64,000 bases of DNA, taken from assembly GCA_022605425.2 (NCBI GenBank), contig JAKIMF020000004.1, positions 1,240,001 through 1,304,000 of the forward strand, read 5' to 3'. Source of the stretch: Hamiltosporidium tvaerminnensis FI-OER-3-3 (taxonomy: Eukaryota; Fungi; Microsporidia). The notes beneath the pieces were generated by a model, which was given only the letters and a program-made list of their open reading frames with translations, searched no databases and was not told where the DNA came from. Position numbers and translations under genes: made by a program. This document shows, piece by piece, positions 12,471-25,723 of the stretch. Numbering within the stretch: position 1 is the first letter of the stretch; every line of letters starts with the position of its first letter.

Positions 12471-13716
12471 CAGTCTTAAACATAAATTTAAAATTTGGCA
12501 CGATGACTAAATGCTTGGATTAAAGACTTTGCGACAAACCATTGTATAAAGCCAAGCCGAAATAGCATGGATTACCATCTATATTTTAATTTGCATGCTA
12601 AATTGTCCTTGTATATCTTTTTGCTAGAATTAGGAATAATTTTTTCATTACAACTTCTTTACACTTTATTTTTTTTTCAAAACTTAATTTAACTCTTCTA
12701 TTATTTCTTTACAGCTTTTGTTCTTTACAAGTCGAGCTTTTTTTTTCTAAAATTTTACTATGCACTATTTGTAAAGTACTTGTTTAGAAGTTTTGCTTCT
12801 ATGATCTTATTCCATGTGTATCAAAGGTTTCCTTAATGTTTCATCATAAGAGAGAAAAAGCAGAACTTTATTATATCTGATAGCCTAAATTAATATTGGT
12901 AGATTGAAAGGGAATTCATTGGCTTTTGGATTTATGTAGATAATTATGCATGTGAAGCAATCTCGAAGCTATCTAGTTCCCACACTACTTTTCCAATTTT
13001 TGAGACCAAATTTTTCCTTTATTCTGATCAACTATTATCTATAAAAAACTTTATAGAAATTTTTGGTCTATAGAGCAAGAGCAGGTAGAAAGATAGCGGT
13101 TATATATCACCTTCCATTTTTTTTACTTCATTTACTTTTTCATTCCATTTCACGTCAATTTATTTATTACATTGAGAGTGGTTCATAATCAAATTTACCG
13201 TTGTTGTACTAACGAAGCAATGTTTTTCTTGCTAAAATACTTTTTTTAAATTTTGTGTTTAGTTTGTAAAAAAAGTTGCAGGGTATTTTTTACTTGTGCT
13301 GTTAATTAAATTATATATTGCCGTACAGCTATTGGTCGTTCTCTTTCGAGAATGGCTATCTACTACATTTTTGTTATGATGAAACCCTGAAAGAAATTTA
13401 ATCGAAGAGTTAGGTAGTGAATTGAGACAAAATTAATTGTCGAATTTGGAAGTTTCAAGGAATATGGCGTGTTAGATTTAATAATTTATTATACGTGAGA
13501 GAAAATAGTTGAGATTTTCTTTTGATTTTTCGCGTATTTTCTAAGATCGCTTTCATTATTAATAATCCCAAGAGCTTCATTTACAGATATTTTTATTTTG
13601 TTTTTCATAATTTATTTATGCATTAATTATCATTGTCTTATTCAGCAAATAAAATTTAGATTTATAAATAATTTATATGTTTCTTCAAAAGTCTTGTAAT
13701 CAATACCCATATATTC

Positions 13717-14397
13717 ATGATATTTGATATTATTTTAGTTAGTATTATAATCGGAGTCACAATATATCTTACACGCAAAAGTAAGGAAAAGATGGCAAGT
13801 TTACTACCAAAATTTGATTCTTTAGATAAATATTTTAAAAAAAAAATAGACCAACCTGTATCTATATATCAGCATCTATTATTTTATAGCGGGAACAATA
13901 GCATTTATAATATGGCTGCAATTTTAACTTTAAAAAAGGACTTTTGTCCCTTCTACTACATATTATCAAATAGTGATTTCAATTTTATATTAACTGGCAC
14001 AATTTCTGCCAAAACAAATATTTTTATTGTTTCGAAAAAAATTAATTTTAAGCATTTGGGTATGAAATATGCTAAAAAATCAAAAACATGTATTGATGGA
14101 TACAAAATGTATTATTCTGGCTTTACAAGTGTTTTACAAATCAAAGATAATTATATGATTAATTTCTGTTCTAAATATCCTATAGATGTATTTTATTTAA
14201 GTTACTTGCCAGAAAAATATTCTAAAGTAAATAATTATGAATCTAAATTTTATCTAAAATCGAATATTGAAAATATTTTTAAGAAAACATTTTTTGATGA
14301 TTTCTTAAATGTATTATCGCAAATATGTGACACGAAATGGAATTTAAAGACCTACGAAGAAAATATAAAAGCGTTTGATAAAAAAAGTATAAAATAA
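13717..14397 (+). CDS. Single-pass membrane protein, possibly CCDC47/DUF1682-like
   Basis: 226 aa with an N-terminal TM (IFDIILVSIIIGVTIYL). LLFYSGNNSIYNMAAILTLKKDF resembles the DUF1682 F.Y.TGR.N...V.L.L.KR motif. CCC at 13706-13708; stop within AAATAAA. The CDS is well supported, the family call is tentative. Confidence 0.6.
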   Translation: MIFDIILVSIIIGVTIYLTRKSKEKMASLLPKFDSLDKYFKKKIDQPVSIYQHLLFYSGNNSIYNMAAILTLKKDFCPFYYILSNSDFNFILTGTISAKTNIFIVSKKINFKHLGMKYAKKSKTCIDGYKMYYSGFTSVLQIKDNYMINFCSKYPIDVFYLSYLPEKYSKVNNYESKFYLKSNIENIFKKTFFDDFLNVLSQICDTKWNLKTYEENIKAFDKKSIK

Positions 14398-15469
14398 ATG
14401 TTTTTCTGAATGTCTATTTTATAATTCGATATTAATTTTTCTTAAAAAAATCTCAATTGTACTAAATAGTCCATCGAAAGTTTTTAATGATAAATGTAAA
14501 TTTTTATTTTATCAACCTTCTTTTAAAATTACTTTTTAGCTTTATTGTATAATTCAGGTATATTACTTAGGTTTCTCTGCTATTTTACAAATAAAATTTC
14601 AAAGTAATTAAAATTATTTATTTTATTTTCGATAATTTGATTTATATTTCTTCAGCAAGATAAATGATTGCCTTAACAAAAAATTGATAATTTGGTATTG
14701 CAAAAAAATCTTTTTATCAACTGGTGTATCAATATATCATAAAAGAAGAATTATTTTGATAAAATGTATCTAGAAATCAAAATTTTTATTAAAATTATGA
14801 ATAAAAGAAATCGAAATGATTGAATTAAACAATAAACAACTAATTAAATCCTATAATTAAAATAAACAAATACAGTCAAAATCTTAAAATAAATTTCATC
14901 CTCTTAAAATAAGATTTCAATAAATTTATATTCAATTAATACAGAGGCCTTTAAACTAGCTCTAACAAAAACATAAAAAATTGAAAAATATTTAAACTTA
15001 AAAGGTTCATCTTTCTTGTTATACATTTATTTTTTGCTAAAAGTATGATGCAAAAGCGAATCCGCCAAAAATCCTTTTTTAATTTCGCATATAATGCTTT
15101 TTTTTAGATTATTTATTCGAAAAGATGATATTTTTCATCTTTAAATTGATGTTACTATGTTTTTTATTTAGAGTATATTTTTCTGTTCATTTATTTTATT
15201 ACCAATAAATCGATGATTTTTAGTAAACATATAAAAGTTGTACTTATAAATGTATATTTTAGGTTTTCTGCTCTTAAATCCAACTTATAAAATCAAATTA
15301 AAATAGGTTATAAGTTCGTTAAAATTGTTTTTGAATTCTTACGAATATATATTTAAAAATCAAAGTAAAGTATTAGCTTCGTAAATATTTTATAATCTAA
15401 TTAATATCGACATATGGAAATTATTCAACAAACTAAAATTACTTAAAAAACACTTAATTACTTATTCAA

Positions 15470-15580
15470 TTCTTTTTTTACCTCTCGGTATCGAAAATGA
15501 ACAAAGGGATTTTTCATTCGTTTCTTCTAATCTATTGGAACTCGGAATTATAGCAGATTGCCCTATAGATCCGGTTTGGA
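15470..15580 (-). repeat. Family B module (distal part of the putative LINE 5' UTR)
   Basis: Reverse complement accggatctatagggcaat..tagattagaagaaac..tgttcattttcgataccgagaggtaaaaaaagaa matches 23228-23337 and 43432-43465. Confidence 0.65.
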
Positions 15581-17619
15581 AACATAACCTGAGGAATTTA
15601 ATGTCATCATAGTTTTTAATCTATGTTGTACGATTTATTAAATTTTTTTGACGCAGTATAAAATACAACGATAAAGCTTTTTTTAATAATAAATTTCCCA
15701 AAAGACCGAAAGCTTAGCTCGTTTAAAGATATCAGATAAAAAGAAATAACATAAAAATTATTATAATATAAAATAGGATAGGAGTTATTTTTAAGAATTA
15801 AAAAACACTGAATTACAGCTTAAAATATTAAATACAATCTCAAACGAGTTATATAATAATTTTCTATTATTCACCCATAACAATTTCTGTAAAATTTGTT
15901 TGGTAAAATAGCGGTTAAGCCTTTTATTTACATATATTTGGCTTTGAAGTAAGTCATGTATAATAGTATTTCCAACTAAAAGATTATTTTCTCAGTGTTT
16001 AATCAGAATAATTTGAGTTAAGATGTAGATTAAAACACTTTGTTTTAAAAGTAAAAACATTTGTTAAAAAATATAGATTATCTACGAAGGTAAATAAAAT
16101 CCTAGGAAATGGTTGTAGTATTCTAGTAGATAATTATTAGTTGTTGGGTTTCCTTATAAAATAAACATTTATATTTTATTTAAATCTCAATGTGGAAAAA
16201 AGAAAAAAACAGTGTAATAAATATACTTTTCCTTTTAAAAGACAATTTTTTAGTTACACGGGCCAACAAATCCTTTATTTTAAAAGATAGAGCCGATCTC
16301 TATAAAATATACCTTTTATCTAAGTGTCTGGGGAGTTTAAGGCAATGGATTTATATTTAATTACGAGTCTCGATATAAATAACATGCGAAACCCCGGCTT
16401 GAAAGCAAGAGCTTATAAACTGATTATATTCATCTGCTGGGTTAAAAAACAAAATACAAGCTCGCGAAAACACAATGGTTCTATATTTATGAAGATCACT
16501 GTCATATATAGATCCATGATACTCAAAAATCCTTTTATAATTTGCAGTGAAATATTTAGTTGAATTGTTGCAAAACTTATATTATTAAATTTATTATTCC
16601 CAAAAATTTTTTGATTTGTAATCTCAGATCCAATCAAATGCCATTCTTTTTTAAAAAAATTTGAGAATTAAGCAAAATTAGATTTGAATTGGAATAAACC
16701 GACTGCAGCTTCATAATAAACAACGTAATAATCTCTATATTTGCAGAAGATGAATATTATGGGCCTCTCGCAAGTAATATTTATCGGTCAGAATTCTTGT
16801 TATAATTTTTAACATCTAAATTTAATATGTATGACTTGTTTTCAAACCAATTTAAGTTTTATTTCAATATAAAGTATTTAAAGATTTAAGCAAAATGTTT
16901 GTGTAAAGCTAATTACCAAGCAAAAATTTTCTGATACATAGATACCGAACTTTCCTCTTATGATTTATGTTAAAGTTTAGGTTTAGGTTGGAATTATTTA
17001 ATATTTAAAGCCACAGTTAAGGAATTGAAAGAGATGCTTCAACTTCAAATTTAAAATTCTAAATGTTTTCATTTAATTATTAAGAAGTTTCTTGTGACTA
17101 TCGTATTAGTATTTACTCCTGTATTAGTATGTGCTACAAAAAATAATATATTGCAAATGTATTTCTAAAACTTCCCCTAAAATTTAAAATTTTAACCGTT
17201 AAATCCATATTAATATACGACATACAGAATATATAAAAAATTCACAGGTCATTTGGCGTCAAATTGGCTTCTTTTAATGTCTAAAATTTTCATAATTGCA
17301 AAAATAAAATATATAAACATCTTTAATATAGTCAATATAAATCAATGGACAATGTTGGGAATTTTTTAAACATATATACAATTCTATTATGAAAGCGAGT
17401 AGCACTGCAAACTCTAATTTAAAAACTTGTCTAATATATAAAAAATAATAAAATGACACATTTGAAAGACTATGGCTTATAACTTAGAAATACAGGTTTT
17501 ATTTCGAAGACTTTTTTATAAAATAACACACTATTGTCTCGATTTTTTGAAATGAACTTTTACCTTTGCACCAAAAAAATCATAACTTTGAATTTATATT
17601 GGTCTATCGAGGCGTAAGG

Positions 17620-17790
17620 TCAAAAAGGATAAGTGCATTAAAACAATCTACTTGACGACAATAGGGTGAAATAGGTGTGAAAATATGCGTTAATATTTTC
17701 TTGGAATATAACCACACTGTTTCATTGGGCTAATTATCTCTAACCTAGAATTACAAAATATGAAAGAAACGAACAGAAAAATTAAAAATT
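17620..17790 (+). repeat. Family B module, decayed
   Basis: cattaaaacaatcta..gtgtgaaaat..tggaatataaccacactg aligns with 1699-1830. Confidence 0.5.
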
Positions 17791-18830
17791 GATTCAAACT
17801 TCAATCTTGGTGTTACATTTGAACTATGATATAAGGAACATAAATGCAAAGATTTATTTGAGAAAATATAAGGATATGTCAATGAAAAATATTTGACCTT
17901 TTTAAAATTTGCTTTTCTTGAACGAGGAATTGATCAAAAATTCTAGAACTTCAACAGGCGATAGAACATGATGTCTTTGCATTTTTTTAATCCTCAACAC
18001 AGATATGACATAGAGGACAGAATAAGTCAGTAAACGTTCGAGAAATTTTTTATTAACAAACTTTAAAAATGGATATGTAATTATTTTTGCTAAATTGATG
18101 TTATAATCACCTTTATGTAGAAAAAGCTTACCGGGTCATCAGCGAGATGAAATTTTATAAAAAAACTCTTTTTTTATTTTAGTTTTTAATAACTTTTAAT
18201 TTTTATTAATGAGAAAAGAAATTTCCAAATCAACGATATATCAGAATATAATTGGCTTAAAACGACTTTTGAATAAAGCTTCTAATATCTTTATCATGTC
18301 TATATATCATAAATCAATTATAATACCAAAGTTCGTGTATAAGCTGGATTGCAGCCAACCAAATGTATTTAGAAAATTATTTTTATTTTTCCATTAATTT
18401 CAACAGATGCAATAAATTTTTAGATTAAGATAACATTGGATAATTAACATAAAAAATATGTGGTATACATTTTTAAAAGGATACATGAATATAAAAAAGA
18501 TATAAATGATTTTTTTCCTATCAATATAAAATAAAAATTATAAAAAAACGATAAAAAAAATTCATTCAAAAATTATGTCTTGAACTAAGAATTCGGTTAT
18601 TGGTATATATTGAATATTTTTAGGCTTTGTAGTTAGTATTATTTGGCTTTCATAATAATTAGGACATATTCGAAGAATAAAATTTAAATATTTATGTATA
18701 TGAATACTTTTTCGATTTATATTTTGATTTTTAAAAAAATCTAACAAAAAAACGAACAACTTTTATTCGATTTAAATTAATTTTAATTTATCAAATATTC
18801 GTTATTAAATTTTAAATGTAAAAAACAGAA

Positions 18831-20762
18831 ATGGAAATTAGAAATATTGTAATGAAATTAAAATTTTTGGTAATACTACAGACAATGTGGTGCAGTAATA
18901 TTGCTGAAAGTAACAACTTAATACTGTCTAATGATTTTGTAGCAAATCCCGAGAGGAATGATGAGGTCGATTTAGAAGAAAATCGTAAAAGCATAAAAAT
19001 AAAAAATGAAAAAATATATCAGAAATTTAAGTCGGAGTTATTGAAAAAAGATACGACTTCGGTATCAAAAATTTTACATACATCGCTTAATAAAAGCAAT
19101 AAGAATTTTTCACAAAATCCCTTATCAAATAAGAAAGGAATAAATAATCATTACTCTTATTTTGAGCGCACAGATTCTAGGATTTTAAATCCAAAAACCC
19201 GATCTGATGTATCTCTAAAAAGTAATAATTCAAATCTTTGCAGTACCTCAATAGATGAATCAGATACTGAAACATCTAATATATCAAGTATTTATAGTTC
19301 TTCTGATTTAAGTTATGACGCAGATATAGAAACAAGTTCTGATGATTTTTATCCCTCTTTATTCAAAGAACGACATGATGATAACAATTCTGCTAATAAT
19401 TCTATAAACTGTGCCACTGAAAATATGAATTCTGCTTTGAAAAAAGAAAATATTTCAGTGGATATTGTCTCTGAAACAGAAGCGGGTGTAAAATCTAACC
19501 TTATAGAAGCAGAAAACAGTGATTTACAGTTAATCAAAGAAATTTCTCCAATACACGATAGTAAAAATTCAAAGCAAAATTGTTTGTCCACGAATAAAAG
19601 AAGTCGTTTGGGTTATTTTAAATACATACTATCATCAACTTATATTTATGTAAATGAGTTCCTAAAATGTAGAAAATTACCTTCTTCTAAACAAAAATGT
19701 GAAGAAGTAACTACAGAATCTGTGACTTCCTCTAACAGAATGATAAATAATTCATCTTCTGTAAAAACTTCATTAAATAATTTGCTAACAACAATTAAAA
19801 TAAAAATTTCATTTACGAGGACAAAAGGAACTATTTTCTTCAAAAGATCATTCCAAAGAATTTCTAAGGTATATCAATCCACGCAAACATATACAATAGA
19901 ATTTTTTCACAAAATAAATATTGTAAGTTCTGCTGTGAAAAAAATTCTCAAGATAAATGATATACTTTATATATTGAAGTATATTATATGTATAAGTTTA
20001 AATAAATCAGAAGGTTCTCAAAAATCTTATGACAATACACCTAGTTTCCTTATAGAAGAATCTGTCGGATTAGATGATTCGATAGGTTTATTCACAATAG
20101 ATGAAGATTTTGATATATTTTTAAAAAATATTTTTAAAGGCTTTATAAGTAAAAAGAAGGCGTTGAAACAGATGAAATCTCAATTTAAAGAAATAATGTT
20201 GAATGAATTTAAAAATGAAATAAAAAATAAGAATAAAATTTCTATGTCTAGTTTTATCGAAAGACTAAACAATAAAGATACAACATTGGATATATTTATT
20301 ACAGCTAATTTTTCTGATTTAGTTTTTACTAATCATTCGAATGAATCTGACCAAAATGAAAAAATAGAATTGATAAACAAATCTTCTAGTCCTGATCAAG
20401 ATATTAATATTAGTAAAGAAGTTTTAGACGGAAATGAAAATGTATTAACAAATTTTAATATTAGCAGAACTAACGACAGTTTTCTTCTGGAGGATCTAAA
20501 CGAAAACACGGATAATAACAGTTTATTAGAATTAACATTTGTAAACGATGCTCTTGATATACGAAAAGAAAAACAAGCTTTGACAGAGCTGGAAAGTTCT
20601 AAACAAACTCATCTTGAAAAAAATGATAATAATATTAGTCAAAAAATCGATTATGAGAATGATATGCCTGTTGTTATATTTTTATTATCCTTTCTTTTCA
20701 TAACTGTTCTGATATCTTTAATATTTGTCTTGTTCAAAAAAACATTTCGTTTTAATTTGTAA
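18831..20762 (+). CDS. Hypothetical type I membrane or surface protein
   Basis: 643-aa ORF with a signal-peptide-like N-terminus (MKLKFLVILQTMWCSNIA), an S/N/D-rich low-complexity ectodomain, a C-terminal TM (VVIFLLSFLFITVLISLIFVLF) and a short basic tail. No recognised family. Confidence 0.8.
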   Translation: MEIRNIVMKLKFLVILQTMWCSNIAESNNLILSNDFVANPERNDEVDLEENRKSIKIKNEKIYQKFKSELLKKDTTSVSKILHTSLNKSNKNFSQNPLSNKKGINNHYSYFERTDSRILNPKTRSDVSLKSNNSNLCSTSIDESDTETSNISSIYSSSDLSYDADIETSSDDFYPSLFKERHDDNNSANNSINCATENMNSALKKENISVDIVSETEAGVKSNLIEAENSDLQLIKEISPIHDSKNSKQNCLSTNKRSRLGYFKYILSSTYIYVNEFLKCRKLPSSKQKCEEVTTESVTSSNRMINNSSSVKTSLNNLLTTIKIKISFTRTKGTIFFKRSFQRISKVYQSTQTYTIEFFHKINIVSSAVKKILKINDILYILKYIICISLNKSEGSQKSYDNTPSFLIEESVGLDDSIGLFTIDEDFDIFLKNIFKGFISKKKALKQMKSQFKEIMLNEFKNEIKNKNKISMSSFIERLNNKDTTLDIFITANFSDLVFTNHSNESDQNEKIELINKSSSPDQDINISKEVLDGNENVLTNFNISRTNDSFLLEDLNENTDNNSLLELTFVNDALDIRKEKQALTELESSKQTHLEKNDNNISQKIDYENDMPVVIFLLSFLFITVLISLIFVLFKKTFRFNL

Positions 20763-22234
20763 ATAATCAATAAAGAAACCAAGCCTTTTTGAATCTTAAA
20801 TTAAATCTGTTTTTAGTTATTTAAGTAAGTAATTGCCGGGATTTTATGTATACAAACAGTTTCATTTATTTCTTATTCCAAGGTTCTTTGCTAGAATTAG
20901 GTTTCTTATATATATTTTACTGCTAGAAAACACATGGTAATTGAAAGTAGCAGTATTGTAATCGACTTCGTTTTTTTAGGACGAAAACTCAAATAATTAT
21001 TTATGGTAGTTACAAATTTGTCTTTAAATTTTGAGTTGTTTTAGTTCATATCTAAATAGGTTAATAAAAAGACACTTACTTATTTTGGATTCTATTTGCT
21101 ATGATTAATTGTATTTTAGCCATTTTATGATATTTGAGTCGCTAAAAAAATTCTTAATTAATTTAAAATAAATAGTATGTAATACCGAAAATTTATATTT
21201 TTAAATATAGAATGTATAAGTTAGAAGTATTTTTTGTAACATTCTAATTTGTTACTCTGGATTATATTTTTTTGTGGTTCTGTTAACATATTTCTGTCTT
21301 ATTTCTAGTTTTATTCATCTGTGTTCCATATTTTCCTTTCTTTCTATATTAGTCAATTCTTTAATTTAAGTTTTTTGAAGAACACTTAAATATTGTATGA
21401 TTCTGATGTTTATTTTCTTAGAAGTTTTATCGTGGAGAGATATATAGGATGAGCTGTGTAGTTTATGTAAAAAGTACATTTTTAATAAGATTATATCATA
21501 CCATTTAGCTTGTTCTTTCACTGTAACTGAAAAATAGAACAAGGATCAGAGCCTCACTAAATTCAAGGACATACATAGCCATTTTCTTACGTTTAGTTAT
21601 ATTTCAGAAGAAAGAAAACTTGCTTGCGTCGAAGGATAAAGAGTTTACCACCAGTTATCAAACTCTGACATTCGGAAGTAACAACATATATCTTAACCAT
21701 TGAATCATTATCATAATTACATCTTTATATATCTGTTTCGGCTCTTAGTCTCGACTAAAATCTCTCTGTGAATTCCCGAACACAGTTACGACTTTTTTTG
21801 AGTATTTCGACTCGCTATATGCCTCTATTACTGTAATCGAAGATTTTTAATATATTTAAGTTTTTATTTTGTATCATTTCCGATTTCACACATAAAATCA
21901 TATCTATATTAAACTTTAAATTAAAGCCATTTTATTATCTTATAAACTATATATCTTCTAGTTTTATGTTTCCACGGTTCTTAACAGATTTTATGAATTT
22001 ATTTACCGACTGAATTTATTATTATTTCATTTCTTATTTATAATGAATATATTTGGATATTGAAGCGAAAATCGGTTTTCGGTTTAATACTTATTTTTTT
22101 TGGAATATCCAAACAAATTCGTTGTGAATGATTTATATAATAGAGGACTCTTGATACGTTTTGATTAATTACTTAATTTCATTCATAATACGTAAATTTA
22201 AAACCGATAATACTCTCATTGTTTTTTAGTATTT

Positions 22235-23340
22235 TTTTTAAATACGATTTGTTAAATGTTTTTCCATTATTTATATGTTTCTATGGCTTCTTTTACTACC
22301 TTGCTTTCCTCTTCTAAATACGACCCTTAGTTTATATTTATTGGTGTTTCCGCTAGATTGGTTTCTCCATCTGAAATAAAATGAGTACTGTTTTTTGATC
22401 TGGATTTTCACACTATTCGTTTCGTTACCCACTTGTTTTAAAAAGGAATTGTTTTTACATTGCGAATCTATATAAAAACTTATTTACACTCTTTCCCAGC
22501 TCTCTTTGGTATTTGATTCTTACTAAGTCGTCTTAGCCGATCAAAGTAAATCGTTTAAACATCTTCCAAGATACTATCAGAGGAATATATTCTATTACAT
22601 TCATGGAATTTGCAGTTTTTTGAGGTATACATCAATGTATTTTCCTAAAATATCCTTACATATTACTCAAGAATCAATCCTATCATTAAACTTACGAATA
22701 AGAACCAACTCTTTATCTAAAAGGCTAATATTCCTTAGTTCTATAGTTTCCACCATCTACACTGAATCTTGAAAAGTAATTTATAACCAATATGTATTAT
22801 CTTCATTTTATTCTAATCCAAAAAAATATATTTCTATTGTTCCAAGCCTTGGAATCAGTTTTTGATCTAATTTCCACTCTAATTCCCGCATACTAGTTTT
22901 CAGAATTTGTTTAATCAAGGTATCTTAATGCTTTATAGGTTTAAATTGATATAGATTATTTAGAGTGGGTTTGGGTGTAAAACTGATACCGAAAGCGGCT
23001 TGTATAGTTCTTTCGAGCAGTTTCTAATATCGAATTGCTAAAAGATCTATTGTTTTACATATCTTTAAAAGTTTGGTACATAAATTCTCTCTAAAAAATA
23101 ATGTCTATTTTTGAGATAGCAAAACAAGGCGGGAGAGATTATAACCACGTTAAAAACCATCTGATGTGCTATGATTGTGTAGAATCAATGTGAAAATTAT
23201 TGTTTACATTTTAGTGGATAGAAACCACACCAGATCTATAGGATAACATTATATAATCCCGGGTTCTGACAGATTAGAAGCAACAAAAGAAAAACTTTAA
23301 TCTGTTTATCTCGACACCGAGAAGTAAAAAGAGAATAAAA
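22235..23340 (-). mobile_element. Internally deleted, decayed R4-like LINE copy (3' end, RLE region and putative 5' UTR)
   Basis: 22853-22910 matches 35296-35360 (EILDNEYAEIRVDTRIKTD) and 22650-22780 matches 35092-35220. The family B module (23121-23340) lies at the 5' end, in the same relative position as at 43062. Confidence 0.65.
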
Positions 23341-25723
23341 TGAGCAAGCATAAGATAGCAGAACACTGCTTTCTTCCTTGGCCTCATATTTATTTTCTTT
23401 AGCCATCTTAAAGATTCACTGGCACCTAGAGGCTCATTTTATCTTTTCATTGTAAAACTTTGAATGAAGTTTTTGTTTTTTAATTCTGTTATATAATTTT
23501 GCCATTTTAGCTTCCTCTAAATTCATTTAGTGACTGCTTCTTCCAAAAAATATTTATCTTCAAAAAAAGCCTTTTATTAGTGTTCTTCGCCTTTAGAATT
23601 TCTGCTACTTGAGTTAATATATCCACAAAGTTTCTTAAACAATTTTGGTTTGTAGAAGCGTTTACTCACTTCGTGACTTATCATCATGTAAACCTCTTCC
23701 ATGTTCTGTTCTAAGAAGAAAAACAAACGCTTTTTATTTTTAGGCGAAGAGGTGACTTATTATTTACCAACATAAAACGCATGTCATTATCTAACTTAGA
23801 TAAGTCTATCGATTCAAATCAAAGTATATGAATGTGATAGTAAATCAACGATATCGCCTGTTGATTAATTGCAAAAAATATAGTTTTAATTTTTAATCTA
23901 GTACTATAAATTCTTTCAACTATTGATATTAGTATGCTTTGTACACCTTCAAATATTCTTTGTGATGGATTAGCTCTTCTTTTTTCATTCTTCCTAAATA
24001 TTTATAAAAACTAACATTTTCCAGAAAAGTATAAATATCTCCGCAAAAAGTATCGTTTGAAATTTGTTCTCGTTTTTGATTCTAATTTAATAGCTCGTAA
24101 AGGGTTTTTAGTTTCCTCTTTCATAGCTCCCAATTTAAAATGTCTACAAAAGGTTTCTAATCACAAAAAGCAAAAGACTTTTGGTAGGGAAAGGCAACAC
24201 CTTCATTATATCAGTACTTTTTTAGGTTTCACATTGCCTTCGTGGCTCAGCAGATCTATATACAACACGAAAGACAACGATACGAACTAAATCCTGGACA
24301 ATTTCTCTCTCAATCTTTTAGTCATGATTTTTTTGAAGCCTACTGAAGCATCAATTTCCTTTTGCGAGATTTTGAACCTAATTAATTTCAGAAATCAAGC
24401 CGATAAATTAAGGCTTCGATGTATAGTGTCAAAAAAGGTGGTTTTATTGTATCATAAGTCTCTTTGACATAAATAAATATTGCTTTAAGATAGTCCCCCC
24501 ATGTTTCGGTATAATCGACTTATAGTAAGCCTATATTGCAACTTCTTTAATCTTTCTTACCATCCCAATTGGTTTTTAACCAGAAATAGTCATTTAAATT
24601 TATTCTTGTATCAATTTCTTGCTAAAAAAAATACTTGTTATTTTTTAGATACATCATTTTTTACATTCTATAAAACGTTCTTCATCATTTTAAGAATATA
24701 CATTGTTCATACAAATAAGTCGAAAAATATTAACGACAAAAATATCTTAATAATGATTATATTAATATTATTTATGATGATTTGAGAGATTTTGGGAATC
24801 TGATTAGAATTAAGCCATATTTCTTTTATAAATTTAATTTATTGTATTTTCGAGTTATTTTAAAAAAATGCTGCTGAACCACTCTTTCTCCTTCGCTTCG
24901 AGAGATAGATCATTTATTGAAATACCAAATAATAGTACAAGAAGCTTAAAAAAACTGGGAGTCATAAATAGATTTCATTTTTTGCTTTAATCTTAAAATG
25001 AAAAATTTATATTTTATCGATAAATCTTCTCTAAATGGATTTTTTTAGTTGTTTTGTTTTTGAATATAAAGATAGAAATTTTTCGCTTGCATTATTTATA
25101 TTCAATTATTGTTTTGAAAAGAATTCAACTAAAAAGGTAAAAATATTTATTTTCTCTTTGCAACAAATTAATTAAAATTTCAATAAAAATACTTTTATAG
25201 ACTAATTAATTTAAATTTGGTAACATGGAATTTTAGAAAGTCAACTTTGAGAAAAATACTATATTACTCTCTAAAAACATATTAATAGATTATTTGTAAG
25301 AAACAGCTAAACCGATTTTTTAACTTAAAGTAAAAAAATTTTAAATCATAAAATATTTAATATTTATTTTCCGATTTTTGCCTAATTATATCAACAGTTT
25401 TTACTAGAAATTTTCTTTAAATTGATAAAAATAAGATTTATGCTAGAATATTTTCATATTTCATTGTATTATTGATTATGACTAAGTTATATATGTTTGT
25501 TCATTACTTCCATCCAAATTATATACAAATACAAAATCTAGAATTTGACTTTTTTATTTAAAGATTTTTAAAATTACAAAAATTAATTATTTATAAATTT
25601 ATTTGCTTTTATGAAACCTTTGATGGCCGCCGAAATATTAATTAATTTGTTTATTTCCCGTTTAATTTAATTAATAAAAAAATGTAAATAAATAAAATAA
25701 ACAAAAAAAGCGGTACTTTTAAA

